Program-made: the position numbers and the translations under genes
Assembly: GCA_965116925.1 (NCBI GenBank)
Contig: OZ220744.1
Location: 1,504,001 to 1,568,000, forward strand
DNA length: 64,000 nucleotides
Direction: 5' to 3'
DNA from: Candidatus Poribacteria bacterium
Lineage (GTDB): Bacteria; Poribacteria; WGA-4E; PCPOR2b
Notes under the pieces: generated by a model
The model's database searches: none
Told to the model about the DNA's origin: nothing
Seen by the model: the letters and a program-made list of their open reading frames with translations, nothing else
In this document: positions 51,996-62,065 of the stretch, piece by piece
Layout of the letters: each line of letters opens with the position of its first letter
Position numbering within the stretch: position 1 is the stretch's first letter

Positions 51996-52123
51996 TAGGA
52001 TGTGTTGACATTTTGATGTTGCCAATTTGGCAAACGCTGTAATCATCGGGCAATCTGCCATAAGTAGCGCGAACTGTTAGTTTGCAGGATAAGATCGCAA
52101 TCTAACAGATTGTGGTACAAAAG
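51996..52123. repeat. Repeat family D copy
   Basis: Matches 40633-40760. Confidence 0.85.
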
Positions 52124-52176
52124 GATACTTTTAGGAAATAAGTTTTTGAAAAGGAGACTTCCTGATGAAAAACTGA

Positions 52177-52300
52177 TGACTCATGTAAAGAAAGCGTGCA
52201 ACAGAACCCAAGTTTTCAAGAAAAAACTCGGATTCTATTCGTGTTTCGCTTAGCGGAATCCCGATGTATCGGGACTTGCACTCTCTTTTTATATGAGCTC
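52177..52300. repeat. MITE family A copy with an extra hairpin
   Basis: GACTCATGTAAAG...TTATATGAGC; inner TCCCGATGTATCGGGA. Confidence 0.75.
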
Positions 52301-53391
52301 TATTCTCTTAGGCTAGAGATCGGTATCCAGAGTCCACCGGTGCCTTGTACCAGCAACTTTTGAAAGGGTTCATCGCGTCCGATAACGTTGACGCTAATCT
52401 TTTCAGATTTTAGTTTTCTCAATACTCTTTTCGGTGAATATGAACCACTTACATATTCATCTGTGACCAGGATAAATCGGCGCTCCGCGCCTTTGCGAAA
52501 CTTGACTTTGGCTGCTGCTTGGACGAGTGCATCGAGTGCTTTTTCCCCACCTCGGCAATGTATGGCAGCCAGCTTCTTCTTTATTTCCTTAATTGACGTA
52601 GTTTGGGGTGTTACCTGAAAATCCCAGCCAAGTAAGGAGAAACTGGTCCCATCTCGGAACGCTACCAGTCCAACGGTGAAGTCCAATTCCGCCGACTCAA
52701 GGAGATCGGTCATCTGATTAAGATGATTACGCACTGCGTCAATGTCATTCCGCATACTTTTGCTGGCATCAATAACAAAAACGATATCGAGGGTATCACC
52801 TTTGCGCGTTTTTAGGAGGTGATGACCAATTTTGATGAGTGCCACATCTGGTTGTGTTAAATGGCTAACCTCAGAGAGCGTTGTTTGGTTTTCTAAGCCA
52901 AGTGAAACCCGCGTTTGTGCTCCCTGATTACCGCGGACTAATCCGCTACCAGAAGACCATCTGCCCCTTCCCTGTGTAAGCCCGTGATTTGATTGGCTGA
53001 AGGAGGTATCGTCAACAGGGGTAGCCACCGTCGCCAGTGGAATGGACTCTTCCGTCAACATTGAAAATGATTGTTTGTCCGTAAGATTATGCGCTGTGGA
53101 TGCGGCGATTTGTGGACGAGGTGGGCTAGGTGCCGTACTGCTAGCGATGGTTGGCTGAGATTGAGGTACTGACGCATTGGGATTTGGGAAGATGTGTAGC
53201 GGACGCTGTAATTTTCTGGGCACCGGTGTTCGAGGCTTCGAGATAATTTCAACTTGGACAAATAATTCGTCCTTCGCCGGTTTCGCCTCTCTCTGCACGG
53301 TATTCAATGTTCCCATACAAATGATATGTAGTATTAGTGAAAACAGAAGGGCTCTCGATAGTTTTCGCCTTCCTTGTGTACGCTGTTTCAT
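52300..53391 (-). CDS. Membrane-anchored VWA-domain protein
   Basis: N-terminal SLILH anchor, Pro-rich linker, MIDAS motif DIVFVIDASKSM and ILVTDE. Confidence 0.85.
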   Translation of the reverse strand: MKQRTQGRRKLSRALLFSLILHIICMGTLNTVQREAKPAKDELFVQVEIISKPRTPVPRKLQRPLHIFPNPNASVPQSQPTIASSTAPSPPRPQIAASTAHNLTDKQSFSMLTEESIPLATVATPVDDTSFSQSNHGLTQGRGRWSSGSGLVRGNQGAQTRVSLGLENQTTLSEVSHLTQPDVALIKIGHHLLKTRKGDTLDIVFVIDASKSMRNDIDAVRNHLNQMTDLLESAELDFTVGLVAFRDGTSFSLLGWDFQVTPQTTSIKEIKKKLAAIHCRGGEKALDALVQAAAKVKFRKGAERRFILVTDEYVSGSYSPKRVLRKLKSEKISVNVIGRDEPFQKLLVQGTGGLWIPISSLRE

Positions 53392-53606
53392 CAGACCACA
53401 TCCTTTTGGGTTCTCAATCCAGCGTTCTCGGTCTCAACTTTACCACACCGCTCACCTCTCCGTCAAGGTGAAAGCAGTGTTCCGTTCGGGGAATTTAGCG
53501 AGATGTCGGGGGAGCCCCCTCCTACAACGTAGCCTAGGCTGAATTTTTAACAATTCAACGCAGAATCTTAGGAGCATGGGAACAATTGAAGGTGTCCTCC
53601 CCTATC

Positions 53607-54752
53607 CTATGGCCCTTCTTCGTTAAAGTGGCGTAGATGTCGGGCAGGAAATTCTTGATAAGGATATTTTGCCAGTGCCGTTTCGTCAAGCGATAATCCT
53701 AACCCGGGTGCAGTTGGAAGCTGAATGTAGCCGTTTTCAACCATAATTGGGGGCATTGAAATCTCATTCCCCTTCTCGGTGAAGTTGACGAAGTACTCGG
53801 TAATGAGGAAGTTAGGCATCACCGCGCAGGCCTGCACCGTCGCTGCCAATCCAACTGTTGTGCTGTTGTAGTTGTGCGGGGACATGATGACAAAATACGG
53901 TTCTGCCATCGCTGCAATCTCTTTGAGCTCTAAAATACCACCACAATTACAGACATCCGGGTTAAGGATATCAGCTGCACTTTTCTCGAACACTTCGCGG
54001 AATTCAGCTTTTGTGTAGAGTTCTTCGCCGGTGACAACCGGTAAGTTAATAGCGCCCCGGACTTCTGCTAGGGCATCCAAATTTCGGGCGGAGACAGGCT
54101 CTTCGTACCAGAACGGTTGAAATTCTTCCATCATTTTTGCCAGACGGATGGCGTGGATCGGCGCGAGCCGGCGATGGATTTCGACTAGCAAGTCAATATC
54201 AGGTCCGACGGCTTCGCGCACCGCGCGGACACACGCAACAGCCTCACGCTCGTCGTCTCGGCTGATGTGCGTCCGCCACGGATTGGGGAGCGGATCGAAC
54301 TTCATCGCAGTGAATCCCTGCTCGACTAGTTGGGCGGCACGTTCAGCACGTTCCTCAATTGTGCTACCTCCCCAACCGTTGGCGTAAACACGGATCTTGT
54401 CCCGACATGCACCTCCCAACAGATTATAGACGGGGGTATTCAGTGCTTTCCCCGCGATGTCCCATAATGCGTGCTCGATTCCACTTATCGCACAATAGAA
54501 TTCCATTGATCCGCGCTTGCCCGCAAAATCGTGATATGCCATGAAGGTAAAGTGCTTAATATTGAAAGGGTCCCGTCCTACAAGGTAACGCGCAAGTTGG
54601 TGCACATGGATCTCAATGGTGCGATCCCGATCTGCTTGGGTGTAGCATTCGCCCCACCCGTGGATGCCCTCATCCGTTTCCACTTTGACGAACAACCAGT
54701 TTTTACCGCCGCCGGGGTGGACGAGGAATGTTTGAACGTTTGTGATTTTCAT
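53607..54752 (-). CDS. Mandelate racemase-family acid-sugar dehydratase (DgoD-like)
   Basis: NWLFVKVETDEGI.GWGE, ALWDIAGK, WYEEP, TGEE and PHN. Confidence 0.88.
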   Translation of the reverse strand: MKITNVQTFLVHPGGGKNWLFVKVETDEGIHGWGECYTQADRDRTIEIHVHQLARYLVGRDPFNIKHFTFMAYHDFAGKRGSMEFYCAISGIEHALWDIAGKALNTPVYNLLGGACRDKIRVYANGWGGSTIEERAERAAQLVEQGFTAMKFDPLPNPWRTHISRDDEREAVACVRAVREAVGPDIDLLVEIHRRLAPIHAIRLAKMMEEFQPFWYEEPVSARNLDALAEVRGAINLPVVTGEELYTKAEFREVFEKSAADILNPDVCNCGGILELKEIAAMAEPYFVIMSPHNYNSTTVGLAATVQACAVMPNFLITEYFVNFTEKGNEISMPPIMVENGYIQLPTAPGLGLSLDETALAKYPYQEFPARHLRHFNEEGP

Positions 54753-54792
54753 TTCTATTTCCTCCTTATTCAGCGTTTCGCTCGCTGTTTGC

Positions 54793-55098
54793 CAGGACGT
54801 GTTGACATTTTGAAGCTGCTCATTCGGCAAACGCTCTAATCATCAGGCAAGCTGCCAAATGTAGCGCAAACTGTTAGTTTGCAGACTAAGATCACAATCT
54901 AACAGATCGTGGTACAAAAAAGCATTTTTACGAAACAGTTTTTTGCACAGGAAGCGTCCCGATGAAAAACGGAGTTGGGTTTCACGCTATCTGTCTATAA
55001 CCAGGTGTTGTTGGACGACGGAGCCTCTATTGTAGTTGATAGGAATTGACGGTGAACCGTTCAACCCAACCTACGGACTAGTAAATGTCAACAGAACC
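54793..55098. mobile_element. Repeat family D, full-length copy with both inverted ends
   Basis: GGACGTGTTGACATTT at the left and AAATGTCAACAGAACC at 55083-55098. Confidence 0.7.
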
Positions 55099-55112
55099 GA
55101 GCTATTTGTTTA

Positions 55113-57491
55113 TCAATCATTGACCCGCACATCATACGGCATCACCAAAAAAGTACGGTGTTCCATGACGGCTTCCGCAAGTGTGGGAAATTTCCAGTTC
55201 GTTAGAGAACGGCTTAACCGTACTGTGTGAAAGGCTTCCAGCCACTGTTCCCATGTTCCCTGCTGCGGCAACCGAATGAGCTGCACCTCTTTTCGTTCTA
55301 ACTCTGCCTTTTTTCGGGCAATTGAGAGCGCGAGATTTAATCCACCAAGTTCGTCGACCAGTCCAATCTCCTTCGCCTGCTTGCCTGTCCAGATTCGCCC
55401 CTTTCCGATTTCATCAACTGCCTCTTTTGTCATACCACGACCGTCCGCTACCTTACCGATAAAGTCCTCATAAATCTCTTTAATCTGTGCCTGAATAATT
55501 TCGCGCTCTTCAGCAGGATAATCGCCGTAGTCCGAGTAAAAATCGGCGTGTTTCCCACGTTTGAGAATTTCTTTGTGCAGTCCAATTTTGTCGTAAAGTC
55601 CCTTGAAGCTATATCTGCCGGAGATGACACCAATCGAGCCGGTGATGGTGCCCGGTTCGGCAACAATAACATCCGCTGGCGCAGCGATGTAGTATCCTCC
55701 GGATCCAGCGACATCGCCCATAGAAACGACCAACGGCTTAACGTCTTTGAGCCGTATCAACTCACGCCAGATTGTGTCAGCAGCGACGACTAATCCTCCG
55801 ACGCTATCAATACGTAACACGACTGCCTTGACTGATGAATCTTTACGCACATTTCGGATGGCACGCGTGATGGTGGTGGATCCCATCGTTTTGGTTCCTG
55901 TGAACGGATCGGTAAAACTGTCACCCGTCATCATCATGCCTTCTGCTTCAATAATCGCTATTTTCGGTAGAGGCACCTCCCAATCATGCTGATATTCAAT
56001 AATGCCCAGATACTGACGTGCTTTGACTAAATGGCAGTCTTTCCCGGTGAGGTCTTTCGCTATACCTTTGAGTTCATCACGATACGCGAGTTGGTCAACG
56101 ATGCTGTGCGCTAATGCCTGTTTTGCCGTGAAAGGTCCCTGATCAATCAGGTGCTTCACGTCGTCTTGGGACCAACTCCGTTTGTCTGCAATTGCTTGCG
56201 TCAACTGATCGTAGAGATCGTCAAGGATTGCGTTTTGTACTTCACGGTGCGCCTCCGACATCTCCTCTCGCGTGAAGATATCCGACGCCGATTTGTACTC
56301 ACCGATATGCTCCAGATCCGCCCGGATACCGAGTTTGTCGAGTACCCCTTTATAGAACGAGATCTCTGAGCGCAACCCAATCAAACGTACCTCCCCGGAC
56401 GGGTGTAGTACCACCCGATCGCAGACCGATGCGATCAGATAGTTCCCTGTCGAACAGTTGGTCATATAGCCGACGACCTTCTTGCCGCTCGCCTTAAAAT
56501 CCAAGATAGCATCGCGCATCTCCTGCAAACGACCAATACCGTAGCGACTGCCACCGATCTTGATTAGTGCACCTGCGACTTCTTTGTCTCGTTTGGCACG
56601 CCTGAGCGTTTTTTCAATCTCGCCCATTTGTACGTCTAAGAAAGCATTGCGGCGGATATGTCGGGTTGTATGAAGTGCCTGAGCAATAGACATATATCCC
56701 ACGCTTCGTTGGTACTCCTGATTTTCATCGAAACGGTTATACATTCCCACCCCAAACTGCCGGAAATTGATTCCAAGACGGATGTCAAAGCTGCTATCGT
56801 CGTTCACGCTGCCACGCAATGTAACCCACCTAAAGGGACGTATCTCTACCCCAAAGTTGAAATCCAATCCCTTGACCTTTTCGACTTTACGGGCATCTAC
56901 TGAAAGGGTTATACGGGACGTACTGGGTCGAATCGCCACCCCGAAGTCGTAGGTTCTGCCCAATTTTTCTCCATGGAAACGAGGGCGGTTCAGATCTCGT
57001 GCAATGATGCCGGCTGATAGGTATCGCCGACGAAACATCAAGCCCAACGACCACGATGTGAGCTTATCGTAGTTTTGATCATCGGAATTAACCCAACTGT
57101 AACCGGTTCCCCAATAAATCGAAGGGCCAATGCCGCTGCCGCTAGAGAGCGTATATCGATTAAAATCAACCCCATCCTCACCTGTGGCAAACTCCATACC
57201 GAATCCCGCATTCGCCGCAGAGATGAACAGGGCGTCATCAACCCCGAAATCGCTTTCGGAAGCGCGCAGATAGTGGAGATTAAATCCTCGTCCTCCGGCA
57301 CCTAGACCGGCGGGATTAAAAAAGGTGGCGAGTGCATCGTCGCTGATGGCAACAGAGTTAGAAGGTAGCGGAGTATTGACTTTAGGCGAATCTGCAGCAG
57401 CAAGCTGGCAGACGGTTAGAATTGAAAGGATGGTGTAGGCAAACAGTTCTGTTTTATTCAAATCTATGTTCCTTGTTTTAGGTATTTCCAT
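55113..57491 (-). CDS. sppA: Signal peptide peptidase SppA with N-terminal beta-rich extension
   Basis: Two S49 domains (GEYKSA; SMGDVAGSGGYY, TGSIGV, GRIWTG); exact start uncertain. Confidence 0.88.
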   Translation of the reverse strand: MEIPKTRNIDLNKTELFAYTILSILTVCQLAAADSPKVNTPLPSNSVAISDDALATFFNPAGLGAGGRGFNLHYLRASESDFGVDDALFISAANAGFGMEFATGEDGVDFNRYTLSSGSGIGPSIYWGTGYSWVNSDDQNYDKLTSWSLGLMFRRRYLSAGIIARDLNRPRFHGEKLGRTYDFGVAIRPSTSRITLSVDARKVEKVKGLDFNFGVEIRPFRWVTLRGSVNDDSSFDIRLGINFRQFGVGMYNRFDENQEYQRSVGYMSIAQALHTTRHIRRNAFLDVQMGEIEKTLRRAKRDKEVAGALIKIGGSRYGIGRLQEMRDAILDFKASGKKVVGYMTNCSTGNYLIASVCDRVVLHPSGEVRLIGLRSEISFYKGVLDKLGIRADLEHIGEYKSASDIFTREEMSEAHREVQNAILDDLYDQLTQAIADKRSWSQDDVKHLIDQGPFTAKQALAHSIVDQLAYRDELKGIAKDLTGKDCHLVKARQYLGIIEYQHDWEVPLPKIAIIEAEGMMMTGDSFTDPFTGTKTMGSTTITRAIRNVRKDSSVKAVVLRIDSVGGLVVAADTIWRELIRLKDVKPLVVSMGDVAGSGGYYIAAPADVIVAEPGTITGSIGVISGRYSFKGLYDKIGLHKEILKRGKHADFYSDYGDYPAEEREIIQAQIKEIYEDFIGKVADGRGMTKEAVDEIGKGRIWTGKQAKEIGLVDELGGLNLALSIARKKAELERKEVQLIRLPQQGTWEQWLEAFHTVRLSRSLTNWKFPTLAEAVMEHRTFLVMPYDVRVND

Positions 57492-58254
57492 GTGCAAGAA
57501 ATCCGCCATCCACTGTCAAGCAAGTGCCGTTGACGTAATCCCCCATCGGTGAACAGAGAAAAACTGTTGCCTGCGCGATGTCGTTTGGCACGCCGATTCG
57601 ACGGCTCGGAATTGACGCCAATGCTTCGCCGCCAACACCGCCTTGCGCTCGTTCATGTTCTTGCTCCGGGGGCAGCTCGCGGCTATCGATCCAACCCGGT
57701 GCAATCGCATTCGCCGTGATACCGGTCCCTGCCAAGTCGCGTGCAGCACTCATCATTAAGCGAATCACACCCGCCTTTGCAACGCCGTAGGCGGTATCCT
57801 CTTCCCAGACGCGCACGGAATGTATAGATGAAATGCTGACAATTCGCCCACCGGATTTTTGGTTAATCATTTCCTTTGCAGCGCGTTGACTGCACAGGAA
57901 GTATCCCTTCAAACTCACTGCCATCGTCCGATCCCAAACCTCCTCGGTGATCTTCAGAAATGGCATATTCTCTGACCAGTAGGGGTTATTTACCAAAATG
58001 TCAATCCGACCGTGTTCGGCGAGGAATTTGTCGAATAAGGCGTTCACCGAATCGCTGTTACTGATGTCGGCAACTGTGAAGGTGCATTTGCGTCCTGTTT
58101 CGCCAATGAGCCCAATCGTTCGATCTGCGGATTCGTCGTGTTCAATATCGTTGAGTCCAATATCGCAACCGTTTTGCGCTAAAGCGAGTGCGATTCCTCG
58201 CCCAATCCCGCGTCGTGAACCGGTAATGAGTGCTTTTTTACCTTCTAGTAGCAT
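57478..58254 (-). CDS. SDR-family oxidoreductase
   Basis: TGSRRGIG, YGVAK and NAIAPGWI. Confidence 0.92.
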   Translation of the reverse strand: MLLEGKKALITGSRRGIGRGIALALAQNGCDIGLNDIEHDESADRTIGLIGETGRKCTFTVADISNSDSVNALFDKFLAEHGRIDILVNNPYWSENMPFLKITEEVWDRTMAVSLKGYFLCSQRAAKEMINQKSGGRIVSISSIHSVRVWEEDTAYGVAKAGVIRLMMSAARDLAGTGITANAIAPGWIDSRELPPEQEHERAQGGVGGEALASIPSRRIGVPNDIAQATVFLCSPMGDYVNGTCLTVDGGFLAHGNT

Positions 58255-58320
58255 ATTGAGTTCTCCTATCAATTTATAGACTTAGGATTTACAAAATCAT
58301 TTATTTTTTGCCTGAATTTA

Positions 58321-58447
58321 TAGGATGTGTTGACATTTTGAAGCTGCTGATTCGGCAAACGTTGTAATCATCGGATAACCTGCCATAAGTAGCGCGGACT
58401 GTTAGTTTGCAGGATAAGATCACAATCTAACAGATCGTGGTACAAAA
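58321..58447. repeat. Repeat family D copy
   Basis: Matches 40633-40760. Confidence 0.85.
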
Positions 58448-58497
58448 GTTTTGTGTCGAGATGTGAATCTCGACCTACAATAAGCCAGCAATTTGGG

Positions 58498-59151
58498 TTA
58501 TTGTAGCAAGTGCTGAAGCGATAATGCAGCTGTATTTGATGGTTCTATTTGGAGCGCGCGCTCCATCGTCGATCTCGCAAGATTTGTTTGACCGAGATAG
58601 TAGTAGCAGGCAGCTCTGAGCGCGTAGAGATCAGCGATCGACTGATAGTCATGTCGAAAGAGAGTTCGATGATCTCCCTGTAGTGCGTTGTCGATGGCTC
58701 GGAGCGCGATCTGAAAATCGGAGGTACTTTCACGGCGGAGAAATAGCGTATTGGCTAACCCAATCCACGCATCCGCGCTGGAGGTATCTGAGCGGATGGC
58801 AGCCTCAAATGCCCTTTGTGCCTTCGCAAGAACGTCTGGAGTTGCGACGGGCGCATGTGCGATACTGAGGTGTGCCCAGCCCAAGCCGTTGTGTGCGTCC
58901 GCCCGGGTTACATCTAGTTCAATTACACGCTCAAAATGTAGAAGTGCAGCGGAAAAGTCTCCTTTATCGTAGGCTGCCCAGCCATCCCTTTGTCTCTGTT
59001 CCACAATCGCTGTATCAACTTCGGGATCATCTGAACAACCAAAGAACATCAAACAGAGGATTAAAATTGCAGTAATCCAATGATTCGCTTGAGGTCTGAC
59101 AATACAAAAAAGTGGAACAGATCTATTCATTAGTTCATTCATTGTGATCAT
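58498..59151 (-). CDS. TPR lipoprotein (start uncertain)
   Basis: Lipobox FFGC; ADAHNGLGW and ADAWIGLA TPR motifs. Confidence 0.78.
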   Translation of the reverse strand: MITMNELMNRSVPLFCIVRPQANHWITAILILCLMFFGCSDDPEVDTAIVEQRQRDGWAAYDKGDFSAALLHFERVIELDVTRADAHNGLGWAHLSIAHAPVATPDVLAKAQRAFEAAIRSDTSSADAWIGLANTLFLRRESTSDFQIALRAIDNALQGDHRTLFRHDYQSIADLYALRAACYYYLGQTNLARSTMERALQIEPSNTAALSLQHLLQ

Positions 59152-59226
59152 GAATCTTCAATACCTAGCATTCGGGTTAGAATAGCATTCCCCAGATTGA
59201 ATTGTCAACTGCTTTTGCTGCGGCTC

Positions 59227-59512
59227 TGAGAGCAATCGCATCTATTATAGGAATTCGGCTGTTGAGCAATCAGAACACTGGGTAAATCCCTTTTGTAGCG
59301 CAGATGTGCTGCTCTGGGGCACGTACAGATTGGAAATCTGTACCCACGATATGAAATAGGAAATGATTTTCGCAATTCAAAGGTGTAAATTCTACACAAT
59401 ATCTACATGCGATTGCTCTACTCCATAAGGAGTCCGTAGGGAACGCAGATCTGCGTTCCCTACTGAAGTGCGTAACTCCTATTATTTTTAGAATTCACCA
59501 TAAATAGCCCTA
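59227..59512. mobile_element. Composite of nested MITE fragments
   Basis: IR AGAGCAATCGCAT / ATGCGATTGCTCT, then family E, B and C right ends; the whole block is flanked by CTGCGGCTC direct repeats. Confidence 0.65.
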
Positions 59513-59621
59513 CTGCGGCTCATCAATAACTTAGCGGAGCTATCAAATTTCAGTGACAAACAGAATGAGCTATGCTATCATTGAACACAACTGTAATTTT
59601 GCGACTATCGTAGGTGAGGGA

Positions 59622-59853
59622 TAGGGCCATTTAATTCTCCCGTAGCTTGATGTCTTGGTTGACGCCACGGCAGAGAGAGCAGATGCCCCACCTACGGATT
59701 CGGGTCATTCCGAAATCAGTCAAAAAAACGAAAACTATAGTAGATCTCAGAATTAATGAAACACTCCAAATCGGCGCAGTTGGAAACAGCGCCTACCGAA
59801 CATGGGGAGCAAAAGTGTCTATTTATTTTTTGAATTCACTATAAATGCCCCTA
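59622..59853. mobile_element. MITE family C copy containing a family B MITE (59738-59841)
   Basis: TIR TAGGGCCATTTA / TAAATGCCCCTA with GGTGAGGG direct repeats; the inner element duplicates TA relative to the empty copy at 31891. Confidence 0.88.
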
Positions 59854-59895
59854 GGTGAGGGCTGCTCACTCGACGTATAGAAAGGTAACGGCTTA

Positions 59896-62028
59896 ATGGT
59901 TCGGCGAACAACGGATAACCGTCACATTGGGTTACAACTCCGTTTTATATTGTATTTTACCATCATTGCTTTCCCACTATTTGCACAAACGTCATCCACC
60001 CTTCGCGGTTTTACCCCCAAGAGTTCAATTTTACAAAAAAAATATGAAGAGGCATTTAAGGAGCTGACTTCTCCGGAAACATGTCGGCGGGAATTACGGT
60101 ATTTAACAGAAGAACCTCACCTCGCTGGGACGGAGAATAGTTATAAAATTGCACAATATCTCCATGATAAGTATCAGGAATACGGATTGGACGCGCAGAT
60201 CTACGAATACGAGGTCTATCTACCGTACCCAATCGAAGTTCGTGTCGAGATGATTGCACCGACGCATTATCTCGCAGCAGGAAAAGAGGATAGCTGGGAG
60301 TGGGATAAGGATTCCTACGAAACGAACATTGTAGCAGGCTATAATGCTTATTCGCCAGACGGTGATGTGACTGCGGATTTAGTCTATGTCAATAAAGGTT
60401 TGCCCGACGATTATCGGAAATTAGCAGAGATGGGGATTTCGGTGGAAGGCAAAATCGCTATCGCTAGGTATGGGGGTAGCTATCGAGGAGTCAAGGCAAA
60501 GATCGCAGGGGAACAGGGCGCCGTTGGTTTGATTATCTATTCGGATCCGGCAGACGATGGATACATGAAAGGCGACGTTTACCCACGTGGTCCCTGGCGA
60601 TCTGCCGATGCGATTCAGCGAGGGACAGTAAAGTATATTTTTCAGCATGCCGGCGATCCACTGACGCCGGGCTGGGCATCGACCAGGGGGGCATACCGTA
60701 TCCCAATTACAGAGGCGACGGATCTCCCGCAAATTCCGGTCGCGCCATTGGCGTATCGGGATGCAGAACCGTTGCTTAAGGCATTGGCGGGACCAAACGT
60801 TCCTAGAGGCTGGCAGGGTGGATTGCCTTTCGCATATCACATTGGTCCGGGACTCGCAAAAGTTCACCTGAAAGTTCGCAGTGAACATAAGAATCGTCCA
60901 ATCTACAATGTGATTGCCAAACTGAAGGGGACAGAAAACCCAGATCAGTGGGTGATCCTCGGCAATCATCATGATGCTTGGGTTTACGGTGCTGCAGATC
61001 CGGGTAGCGGTACTGCTAGTCTTCTAGAGGTCGCACGCTGTCTAGGGCAGCTCGCAAAGGAGGGGCATCGCCCCAAACGTACGATTGTCTTTGCAAGTTG
61101 GGATGCGGAGGAGTTCGGCATCGTTGGATCCGCCGAGTGGGCGGAAGATTTGAAAGCTGAACTTCAGGAGAAGGCGATTGCGTACTTGAATGTCGATATG
61201 GCAACAACGGGGACGGAGTTTTATGCGAGTGCTGTGCCCTCACTCAAGCGACTGGTGAAGGAGGTCACACAAACCGTTATGGATCCGCATACTCATCAAA
61301 CAGTTTATGAGGCATGGCGGCAAGATCAAGAGAATCATGTCCCACGGGTTGGAAATCTTGGCAGCGGGTCAGACCACTCCCCCTTTATTGGACATCTTGG
61401 CATACCAGCCATCAGCATGGGATTTTACGGTCCCTACGGTGTCTATCACGCTATGCAGGACACTTTTTACTGGATGGAGCACTTCGGCGATCCGACGTTT
61501 CGGTATCACGTGGCAATGACACAGATTTGGGGGATTATAGCGTTACGTCTTGCGGATGCAGATATTCTGCCATTCGACTACGCAGCGTACGCTGACGAAC
61601 TCCTAAGCCATCTAAAAGCACTACAGAACGAAAATAAACATAGCACTATTACAAAAGATAGACCGGAACGTCTCCGGGCATTACTCAGGGAGTGGGCAAG
61701 AGTTGCGGAAGATCTTCACCGTACCCTTGCCACTCAACTGCACAATGAGGAGTTGGTCGAAACTACAGCAATAAATCGCCGTTTGCAGGACTTAGAGCAA
61801 ATATTAACCTCAGAATCTGGATTGCCATTGCGTCCATGGTTTAAGCATCTGGCTTATGCGCCTGGGCTCAACAGCGGATATGCTGCAACCATTTTTCCGG
61901 GGATTCAGGATGCGCTTGAAATGAACGATGAAGAACAGGCATCAATCGAGGTAGATCGTCTGGCAGATGTGTTTCAACAGATGATTGAGGCACTAAAGCA
62001 GATTGCTGATGTAAGCGATAACTTGTGA
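59896..62028 (+). CDS. M28 glutamate carboxypeptidase II-like peptidase (PA and TfR dimerisation domains)
   Basis: PHLAGT, GDPLTPG, GNHHDAWVYGAADPGSG, WDAEEFG, GSGSDH and RPWFKHLAYAPG. Confidence 0.92.
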   Translation: MVRRTTDNRHIGLQLRFILYFTIIAFPLFAQTSSTLRGFTPKSSILQKKYEEAFKELTSPETCRRELRYLTEEPHLAGTENSYKIAQYLHDKYQEYGLDAQIYEYEVYLPYPIEVRVEMIAPTHYLAAGKEDSWEWDKDSYETNIVAGYNAYSPDGDVTADLVYVNKGLPDDYRKLAEMGISVEGKIAIARYGGSYRGVKAKIAGEQGAVGLIIYSDPADDGYMKGDVYPRGPWRSADAIQRGTVKYIFQHAGDPLTPGWASTRGAYRIPITEATDLPQIPVAPLAYRDAEPLLKALAGPNVPRGWQGGLPFAYHIGPGLAKVHLKVRSEHKNRPIYNVIAKLKGTENPDQWVILGNHHDAWVYGAADPGSGTASLLEVARCLGQLAKEGHRPKRTIVFASWDAEEFGIVGSAEWAEDLKAELQEKAIAYLNVDMATTGTEFYASAVPSLKRLVKEVTQTVMDPHTHQTVYEAWRQDQENHVPRVGNLGSGSDHSPFIGHLGIPAISMGFYGPYGVYHAMQDTFYWMEHFGDPTFRYHVAMTQIWGIIALRLADADILPFDYAAYADELLSHLKALQNENKHSTITKDRPERLRALLREWARVAEDLHRTLATQLHNEELVETTAINRRLQDLEQILTSESGLPLRPWFKHLAYAPGLNSGYAATIFPGIQDALEMNDEEQASIEVDRLADVFQQMIEALKQIADVSDNL

Positions 62029-62065
62029 TTTTTAAGCAGGGTCTAATCGTGAAAATGCGACCTCC

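Noticed and set aside
4257..52300. CRISPR array from the recurring palindromic repeats
   Set aside because: Copies are dispersed with no regular repeat-spacer period, and no cas genes are present.
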